The notes under the pieces are model-generated. The model was not told where the DNA came from. It ran no database searches and saw only the letters and a program-made list of their open reading frames with translations. Shown one piece after another: positions 57,749 through 64,000 of a DNA stretch of 64,000 nt. Position numbers and translations under genes: made by a program. The DNA is from a virus (Duplodnaviria > Caudoviricetes). The stretch lies in IMG/VR virus record IMGVR_UViG_3300037067_013617, positions 1 through 64,000 of that record; one strand, given 5' to 3'. Position 1 is the stretch's first letter. Each line of letters opens with the position of its first letter.

Positions 57749-57819
57749 TTCTTTTATCCTTTATATTTATATTGAATTATAATATAGATATAAATATATA
57801 ATTTTAAGTCAACCAAAAA

Positions 57820-58212
57820 AATACGAAAGTGTAAAAAAAATACAAAAGACAAAATAATACACTTATGTTTTATTAAATTTTAATTATTAGTCGCATCTAA
57901 CTTTTTTATGAAGAAAAAATATAATCATTAGTAATGCATATTTTTACACTTTTGTATTACTGTTATTATATTTTCTTCCTTATTAATAGTTCTTAATATA
58001 TAAAAAATATATATTATAAAATATATATAAAAGTGTAAAAAAAGATAAGTGTCTATCTTATTAGGATAAATTGAAAAAAGATATTAATAAAAAAACGCCA
58101 TTTCTTACACTTAGTTATTAGTTTATTATTAGGTGTAAAAAGTGTGAAATGCAGGGGTATATTTTCTTAAAATCTCCTGATAAGGTAAACACTTTTGTTT
58201 TTTTACACTTAA
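57820..58212. repeat. AT-rich non-coding region with ~9 AAGTGT(AAAA) repeats in both orientations (origin- or operator-like)
   Basis: Direct copies near 57827, 58031, 58047, 58131 and 58140; inverted copies near 57858, 57941, 58105 and 58200. Confidence 0.7.
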
Positions 58213-58218
58213 GTTTAG

Positions 58219-58250
58219 AAAAAACCCTGTCGGTATTCCCGGCAGGGTTA
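58219..58250 (-). terminator. Rho-independent terminator
   Basis: Minus strand AACCCTGCCGG-GAATA-CCGACAGGGTT followed by a T-tract. Confidence 0.7.
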
Positions 58251-58372
58251 AAGTTAAACTGGGAGGTTTTAAATGAAAATAGTTTCACATTTCATCATCC
58301 TTTGAAGGATAATAGTTTTGGTAAAATAAAATTATTACTTTATCAATGTTTCCTGTCAAGCTGTTTTTAAAA

Positions 58373-58588
58373 TTAAGTTTGTTTTAGATAAGACTTATTG
58401 CTGGCATACCCTGTTTTGCTGTTGCCGGTCCGCCCCTGGACGACTCTAACCGCGATATTAGTCTTTGAGTAGTCTCTATGCATGAGCGCCCGGCAGGCAT
58501 CACATATTATATGCTCAGGGAACTCTCCTGCCGTCCATTCCTCTTTCTCTCTATCGCATTTAGGACAAACATAATCAGCTCGTTTCAT
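58373..58588 (-). CDS. FmdB-like zinc-ribbon protein
   Basis: DYVCPKC...ICDAC..LMHR. Confidence 0.65.
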   Translation of the reverse strand: MKRADYVCPKCDREKEEWTAGEFPEHIICDACRALMHRDYSKTNIAVRVVQGRTGNSKTGYASNKSYLKQT

Positions 58589-59565
58589 TTGATACCCTCG
58601 ATTATTTCTAATCTCTTTTTATTTATTTGACTAAGTAATAAATTGTCCCAGATGTATTCATAACTCTGGAGATAATTACTATGCCGGAAATCTTTGCTTT
58701 TGATAACTTTCTCCAATAAATAAGAGAAATTATCAATATCTTTATATCGGATAGTGCCCGGCTTATCAAATTCAGGAAAGTCCGGAACAATAGACACGGA
58801 TCCCGCGTATGTCGCCTCTAACCAGCTGATATTGCTTTTCCCTCTATTAAATATATTATCCAGTAAGGGATTAATTTGAATAGCCGATTTAAGTTCTCTT
58901 ATAAATTTAAAATAATCAATGATGTCGCATTCTTTAAAACTGAAAAATGTCTTAATGCCTTCTGTAATGTACCATAAATCGCTGCCCATAAACGTCCACG
59001 CCCATTCGGGATAAGTTTTTGCCAGACTGAATATCTTTTCCTTGACTGACCGAATATCTTCCCTGTGAGTGTTGGACCCGCGCCAATTGATAGAATTAAC
59101 CGTTTCCGTAACTTCTTTAAAAGGATACTGATAATCATTATGAGCATTATTGATCACAATTATATTAGGATTAAATTTTGAATAATAATCCTTCATCGCC
59201 TGCGTAGATACCGTTACAATATCGGAAAATTTAATACATTCTTCTATGTTTTTTAATAATTTAGGCTGGACCTTATGCATTTCCCATACCGGGTTATATC
59301 GTGGAATTTCATGCAGAATATCATCATAATCTACCCATATCGGGATATTAAAGTCCCTGGCCATGTGAAATGCCTGCATATCGGGATCGCGGGAAGGCCG
59401 CTCCATATAGAAAAGATCGACTCCGGCCAGCGACGGCCAGGTAATCTGCGCGGGTACCTTGATTTCGATATTTTTACTAAGTCTGTTTAAATACTGGAAA
59501 ACACCAAGGCTGCGGTAATAGGATACGCCTGAATATGGAATTGACTCATAGATTGATAATATCAT
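58585..59565 (-). CDS. GT-B glycosyltransferase (phage type)
   Basis: GVSYYR; WVDYDD; DIVTVST; INWRGSNTH; PL.DNIFNRGKSNISWLE. Confidence 0.8.
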   Translation of the reverse strand: MILSIYESIPYSGVSYYRSLGVFQYLNRLSKNIEIKVPAQITWPSLAGVDLFYMERPSRDPDMQAFHMARDFNIPIWVDYDDILHEIPRYNPVWEMHKVQPKLLKNIEECIKFSDIVTVSTQAMKDYYSKFNPNIIVINNAHNDYQYPFKEVTETVNSINWRGSNTHREDIRSVKEKIFSLAKTYPEWAWTFMGSDLWYITEGIKTFFSFKECDIIDYFKFIRELKSAIQINPLLDNIFNRGKSNISWLEATYAGSVSIVPDFPEFDKPGTIRYKDIDNFSYLLEKVIKSKDFRHSNYLQSYEYIWDNLLLSQINKKRLEIIEGIK

Positions 59566-59594
59566 TTGTCTTTTCTCCTCGTCTTTTTTTAGAG

Positions 59595-59623
59595 AGTATG
59601 AAAAGTAAATGATAATCTGTCAA
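59595..59623 (-). promoter_or_regulatory. Sigma70-like promoter for the glycosyltransferase
   Basis: Minus strand TTGACA-N17-CATACT, with GAGGAG RBS downstream. Confidence 0.6.
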
Positions 59624-59631
59624 GGAAAAAT

Positions 59632-59847
59632 CTAATTCAAAAATCCGAAACCAATAATTTCGGTCAATTTCGAATACATATTCCCGATAAGATCCTGCTT
59701 ATTTGACAGCCTCTTTGAAATATCTTCTATGAAACCGCTTTCCCACTCGTTTAAAAGTCTGCCTGAGCAATGCTCATTTGCCTCTAATGCATCCTGAATA
59801 GCGTTTATGAGTGCAATTCTTCGAGATTCACTGAATGGCTTATTCAT
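59632..59847 (-). CDS. Hypothetical protein
   Basis: LNEWESGFIEDI motif common in small phage proteins. Confidence 0.55.
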   Translation of the reverse strand: MNKPFSESRRIALINAIQDALEANEHCSGRLLNEWESGFIEDISKRLSNKQDLIGNMYSKLTEIIGFGFLN

Positions 59848-59858
59848 ATTCTTACTTC

Positions 59859-60095
59859 TTAATCGTGCCTTTTACATCCGGCACTAATTACTTTCCCATA
59901 CGGCGCATAGTATCCACATTCACAAAACCAGTACCGGACATCAATAATGTTTAGTATATTGCATTCCCATCGTTTATACTGTTTTGGCTTGATATTATTT
60001 ATTGCCCGGTTGAATTCTTTTTTAGTGTCTTTGATGATTTTGTTATTTTGCGCGATAGCTTGATCGCATATTTTATTTATGATTGCTGTTGTCAT
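59859..60095 (-). CDS. Hypothetical protein
   Basis: 78 aa; C-terminal CEC...GC.RH. Confidence 0.5.
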   Translation of the reverse strand: MTTAIINKICDQAIAQNNKIIKDTKKEFNRAINNIKPKQYKRWECNILNIIDVRYWFCECGYYAPYGKVISAGCKRHD

Positions 60096-60100
60096 TGTTT

Positions 60101-60421
60101 TTATTCCTCTATTTCTTCGATTTTCATTCCGGTTGCGCGTTCGATCAAATCACGCGTTTCTCTTAAAAAATATTTATCTGTTGAATCATTATTCGAATAA
60201 TTATAAATATTTATCAACGCCTTTAACATTTCCGGCGCTGCGGCAATAAGACGGGCGTTGGCTTCACTTTCTTCTAATTTATCTAAATCATTCGGCGGTA
60301 TTCCGTTTGAGTTTAAATCAAATTTAAAACTATGTTCTGAGGGAATACCGACATGCCATTCTCGATATTTATGTTTAAAAAATACTACCCACTTTCCCGG
60401 TGTATGTTTTAAATTACTCAT
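60101..60421 (-). CDS. Conserved phage hypothetical protein (KHTPGPW...ANARLIAAAPE family)
   Basis: KHTPGKW...EANARLIAAAPEML. Confidence 0.7.
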   Translation of the reverse strand: MSNLKHTPGKWVVFFKHKYREWHVGIPSEHSFKFDLNSNGIPPNDLDKLEESEANARLIAAAPEMLKALINIYNYSNNDSTDKYFLRETRDLIERATGMKIEEIEE

Positions 60422-60431
60422 TGTTTTTCCC

Positions 60432-60614
60432 TTAATCCTCTATCAAATAACTAGCTGTAAAACAACAGGCTATTATTCCTATACAATTCAAGAAAAACCA
60501 TAAGAGGACTTTTATATAATCATCCTTTGATATAAATAGGCACCAATATGATAGCCCTATGAACCATATCAAGCAACCAACATATACCATATAACCTAAA
60601 TTTTTCTTACTCAT
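60432..60614 (-). CDS. Small 2-TM membrane protein
   Basis: Two hydrophobic helices; GGAG RBS. Confidence 0.55.
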   Translation of the reverse strand: MSKKNLGYMVYVGCLIWFIGLSYWCLFISKDDYIKVLLWFFLNCIGIIACCFTASYLIED

Positions 60615-60674
60615 TCTTTTCTTTTCTCCTTTTTCCCTTGTTTACGACATAACCCCCCTTTTGTCGTAGTTAAA

Positions 60675-60866
60675 TTATGCATCTAATTCTAATGGCTTAT
60701 GATCTTTTTGTTCGTGATGAAAGACTTGTCCTAAATCACGCATATCAACTGATTGCCCGCACGCTTTACAAATATAATAATTTTCTATTTCGGGGACATC
60801 TATTTTATTCCCATTTTCATCCACCGGATGCCCGGTTATTCCTGTCGCAATGTTATTTGTTTTCAT
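60675..60866 (-). CDS. Small zinc-binding hypothetical protein
   Basis: CKACGQSVDMRDLGQVFHH. Confidence 0.6.
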   Translation of the reverse strand: MKTNNIATGITGHPVDENGNKIDVPEIENYYICKACGQSVDMRDLGQVFHHEQKDHKPLELDA

Positions 60867-60895
60867 CTTTGCTTTCTTCCCCCCTTTTGTCGTAG

Positions 60896-61126
60896 CTATT
60901 TAAATGGTAAAATAGCAAATTCTTTCATAATTTTTCTTCGTTCCAAGGCTTCATTAATTTTCTTTTCAATAATTTTATCAATTTTCTCATCCAGGATTTT
61001 ATCTTCTATTTGAGGAATACCAACCTGATTTTTGCCTGCGGCCTTTTCAAATACCCGAACGTGATCTACATCTGTCTGTTCAGTTAATGCTTTTAATTTT
61101 TTTAAGAAAATCATTTTTATCATCAA
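60896..61126 (-). CDS. Hypothetical protein
   Basis: ORF ends at the TAGCTACGACA junction motif. Confidence 0.45.
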   Translation of the reverse strand: MMIKMIFLKKLKALTEQTDVDHVRVFEKAAGKNQVGIPQIEDKILDEKIDKIIEKKINEALERRKIMKEFAILPFK

Positions 61127-61278
61127 CTGATATTTCTAGTCCTAAATTTCCATCTTTATAAACTGCTTGCATAAATATTTTTCCTTTTCTATATTTGTCG
61201 TAGCTATATAATCGATAAAGCATGTATTAAATCTTTTTGAGATTCAAAAACTTTTCCTTCCCTACGAATATGTCGTAG

Positions 61279-61653
61279 CTATTTTTCCCTTAAAAATAAT
61301 AACTTAAATTTTTCTTTAAAAGATAAGCTATCAATATATTGGATCAATAATTCTTTTGAGAAATTATAATTATTTAATTGAATTGAATTTTGTAATTTTT
61401 CTTGTAATTTATTAGAAAGCTCTTTTTGATTTTTTAAGATTTCTAATACAAAATTCATTAAATATGACACACTTGCTTTATCATCCCCACCGGTTGCACA
61501 AATATCCCGTAAACCATGGAATAGGCGATGAAGAAATGGATCGACATAAAACAATTCCTTCCATTCTTTTGTTCTAAAAATTATTTTATTTAATTCTTGA
61601 AATATTATATATGGCATTATTTTTTTCCTTTTCTCTCTGTCAACAGACCGCAT
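61279..61653 (-). CDS. Hypothetical protein
   Basis: ORF ends at the TAGCTACGACA junction motif. Confidence 0.5.
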   Translation of the reverse strand: MRSVDREKRKKIMPYIIFQELNKIIFRTKEWKELFYVDPFLHRLFHGLRDICATGGDDKASVSYLMNFVLEILKNQKELSNKLQEKLQNSIQLNNYNFSKELLIQYIDSLSFKEKFKLLFLREK

Positions 61654-61679
61654 TGACAGTAATATTAAAACATAAATTT

Positions 61680-61943
61680 TTATTTTTCCCTTGCTTCCAG
61701 CATGGCATCGGCGATGAGATAAGCGTATTTTGTAACGTCATTTATATTAATTGCTTTGAAAGATGTATTTGGCATTCTGCCTCCATAGATTCCCTGCATA
61801 GCTGCCGCCGCGAAATAATCCCGCTTAGTTATCCCTTCCTGTCCATCTTCTGCAAAATCAAAATCATTATCGACAGTCTGCTGCCCCATCTGTTTCAGCG
61901 ATTGAACCGGAAACGCCGATCCGCCGTTTTTTTTGTTAGCCAT
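61680..61943 (-). CDS. Conserved phage hypothetical protein (GGxAFP...RDYFAA.AMQG family)
   Basis: GGSAFP...GITKRDYFAAAAMQG...AYLIADAML. Confidence 0.75.
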   Translation of the reverse strand: MANKKNGGSAFPVQSLKQMGQQTVDNDFDFAEDGQEGITKRDYFAAAAMQGIYGGRMPNTSFKAININDVTKYAYLIADAMLEAREK

Positions 61944-61965
61944 AATTTTATTTCTCCTTTATTTT

Positions 61966-62457
61966 CTATTCCGTTAAAATATTATTTCCCTTAAAATCGA
62001 AATGTAAAAGTTTTTCGATTTTAGGAGTTATTTCGATCAATCCCCGCTCTAATCCTTCAAATCCATCCTCGGCGCTGTTTACTGTTTTTAATTGCCGGGT
62101 AATTTCCTGTTGCTTGGTAAATAATTCCGTTTTAAGAATATTAGCATAATCCATTGCTTTTGGAATAAAATTTTTATATTTCAACCATGCCGATTGAGCA
62201 TCAGCTACATATTGATTTGCTTCAACAACTCTTTGCTTCCATTGTGATATTTCTTCATCGCATTTATCTTTTACTTTTTTAATTTCATTTTTAGTTTTTT
62301 TCTCTGCCGCTTCCTTTTGCATTTCGATTGCATCTGCGTATCTGGCTCGCTGTTCGTCCAATTGCTTCATCCAGTATTTTTCATCTTCGATGCGCTGTTT
62401 CGATCTCGCTTCGATCTCTATTTGCTTTTCGGACTTGCTCTTTAGGAAATTAAACAT
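61966..62457 (-). CDS. Coiled-coil hypothetical protein
   Basis: AAGGAGGG RBS; heptad-rich. Confidence 0.6.
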   Translation of the reverse strand: MFNFLKSKSEKQIEIEARSKQRIEDEKYWMKQLDEQRARYADAIEMQKEAAEKKTKNEIKKVKDKCDEEISQWKQRVVEANQYVADAQSAWLKYKNFIPKAMDYANILKTELFTKQQEITRQLKTVNSAEDGFEGLERGLIEITPKIEKLLHFDFKGNNILTE

Positions 62458-62467
62458 CAGCCCTCCT

Positions 62468-62878
62468 TTATACCCATTTTCTTACTGTGCATCTTGCATA
62501 ATCTTTATTATCCCTTCTGAAAAAAGAATCCTGTGAATTAAAAGAAAGATCGGGTTCCCAATCCGGCGTTAAATGCTGTAAACAATATTCTTTTGCTTTT
62601 TCATAACAAACTTTATCTTGATCTTTGTAGTTAATATTTTCAGGTATTTCAAATTCAATTTTATCCCATTCCATTTTTTTGCCAATTCTATCTAATCCAT
62701 AAATCTCCATATCGCAATGGATATTAGATCGCCGGGATAATAATTGACAGGTTTGTTTTTCATCAAAATGAATATCTAAAAATTTTATGGATGCATTATC
62801 GTCCCTAATTTCTAAATGTAATCCTTCCGCATTAAATAATAAAGTAGCTTCTCCTTTAATAATGTTCATATTATTCAT
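62468..62878 (-). CDS. Hypothetical protein
   Basis: 136 aa ORF overlapping the upstream gene. Confidence 0.6.
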   Translation of the reverse strand: MNNMNIIKGEATLLFNAEGLHLEIRDDNASIKFLDIHFDEKQTCQLLSRRSNIHCDMEIYGLDRIGKKMEWDKIEFEIPENINYKDQDKVCYEKAKEYCLQHLTPDWEPDLSFNSQDSFFRRDNKDYARCTVRKWV

Positions 62879-63344
62879 TTCCTTTTGTATAATTTAATAA
62901 TTTAGGCATTTTTCCTGAAGCAGCTATTTGCTTTAAATCGGGAATAAGATGGGATCCCAATGTTTGTCCATCCGGCATTATTACTTTCATGCCGAATTCT
63001 TCCTCAAAGGTTGAAATTCCATCATTTATAAATTCAAGTTTAGCCTTGACGCCGATAACCATTGCCCGCCATCTCTGCCGGATAGCCTGCTCATACGTAG
63101 CTTGTGCCTGATTTTGTTTTCTATTTCGTCCCATATCTGTTTTAAGAAATTCTTCTTTTTTAGGCAATGGGACATCGTATTGGATCGATAAATTATTATA
63201 TTCGAACATTAAATATAATTTATCTTCGTCTTCCATCGTACCAAATCTTTTTGCGCCATAATTCCGAAGTATTTTTTGGATTTCTGCTTGTGATCTTTCG
63301 ATGGAAACGCTGGTATTTTGTGCATATTTAGCCATTGTTGTCAT
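62871..63344 (-). CDS. Conserved phage hypothetical protein
   Basis: YAQNTSVSIERSQAEI..IL..YGA...RQRWRA...VKAKLE...FEEEF. Confidence 0.7.
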   Translation of the reverse strand: MTTMAKYAQNTSVSIERSQAEIQKILRNYGAKRFGTMEDEDKLYLMFEYNNLSIQYDVPLPKKEEFLKTDMGRNRKQNQAQATYEQAIRQRWRAMVIGVKAKLEFINDGISTFEEEFGMKVIMPDGQTLGSHLIPDLKQIAASGKMPKLLNYTKGNE

Positions 63345-63494
63345 CTTCTCCCTTTCTCTCGACTTTTTTTTCTTCCTGTTCCATCGGCAGTTTACATTTT
63401 TTGCAAGTTACGGTCTGAGGCAAACTACCGATATCGTATTCGAACTTAATCACTCCCCCGCATTTCTTACACTTAAAAGTCTCTGTTTTGAATT

Positions 63495-63896
63495 TCATTC
63501 TTTGATCTTTACGAAAAATGAAGCGTCCATGTCTTTTATCGGGGTACCGCGCATTCCGCAGACATCACAAAATTCACCCTCATTCGCGGATATAAGATAT
63601 TTACTCCGGGTAAATTTAGACTCGGTAACACAGGTTACTTTTCGGATAATTTTACTTTCTTTCGGCAGAAGATTACTTCTAACCAAATCTCCTACTGCAA
63701 AAATTTCATGTGTAACGGAATTTGGTTTTATAATCTTATTCTTTTCTTTTCTCTTGTTTCTGCCGAGTATTTGAAACGCCAATTTAATTCGTAGACCATA
63801 GAGCCAGCTATGCACGGCTCCTAAAAAATCATTGATTAAAGCATTCCGGCTTTTTCTTATCGCACGACGTAACCGTTTAACATTTTTACCGCTCAT
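63495..63896 (-). CDS. Hypothetical protein
   Basis: GAGGA RBS; basic N-terminus and CDVC motif. Confidence 0.55.
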   Translation of the reverse strand: MSGKNVKRLRRAIRKSRNALINDFLGAVHSWLYGLRIKLAFQILGRNKRKEKNKIIKPNSVTHEIFAVGDLVRSNLLPKESKIIRKVTCVTESKFTRSKYLISANEGEFCDVCGMRGTPIKDMDASFFVKIKE

Positions 63897-64000
63897 GTTT
63901 TATCCTCGTTATTGTAATTGTTGTTGCAATGATGCAATTTTCTCCCATGTCCGGGAATAATCAAAAAGATGAATAGCAGGGAGTTGACCTATTCTTTTGG

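Larger units (their letters stand above)
60643..61281 (-). repeat. Four CTACGACA motifs at gene junctions
   Basis: Plus-strand TGTCGTAG near 60662, 60888, 61196 and 61271; three are directly preceded by TAG on the minus strand. Confidence 0.75.

Noticed and set aside
58149-58370. 73-aa plus-strand ORF in the track
   Set aside because: Runs through the repeat boxes and a terminator hairpin; no RBS; likely non-coding
60643-61281. CTACGACA repeats as CRISPR repeats or integron attC sites
   Set aside because: Too short and irregularly spaced; no RYYYAAC...GTTRRRY ends; no integrase seen
1-64000. Stop-codon reassignment, tRNAs, or a contractile injection system (non-phage) interpretation
   Set aside because: Genes tile densely under the standard code; no tRNA cloverleaf noticed; terminase, portal and capsid show it is a true phage

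Overview
This is a 64-kb, AT-rich segment of a large tailed bacteriophage: a myovirus with an SPO1/Twort-like (Herelleviridae-style) morphogenesis gene set. No integrase, polymerase, rRNA, tRNA or CRISPR was seen. Almost all genes are on the minus strand. In transcription order (right to left) they are: small early-type hypothetical genes; a glycosyltransferase; an iteron-like AT-rich intergenic region; RusA; TerS/TerL; nucleotide-metabolism genes; portal; a lysis cassette; beta-helix/fibre proteins; a plus-strand island with a lytic transglycosylase; MuF; a GIY-YIG homing endonuclease; a block of large 'cargo' proteins; an 8-gene glycosyltransferase/radical-SAM/methyltransferase cluster; prohead protease, scaffold and major capsid protein; and neck, sheath, tube, chaperones, tape measure, hub, spike and fibre. 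The most striking signal is a roughly 25-aa motif, [LMI]xKA-x(2-7)-[TH]KYxxR-x(2)-DGKGG[WY]xYxY, found six times in five head-module proteins. Each copy directly follows the same [LM]xK[AS] motif that marks the predicted maturation sites of the capsid, scaffold and protease, and each precedes a different cargo region (ADP-ribosyltransferase, ART-like, JAB peptidase, LPD1 zincin). I infer a modular capsid-loading tag for an injected effector arsenal. The second standout is the glycosylation/radical-SAM cluster embedded among the head genes. All functional calls come from motif recognition by eye; no database searches were run.
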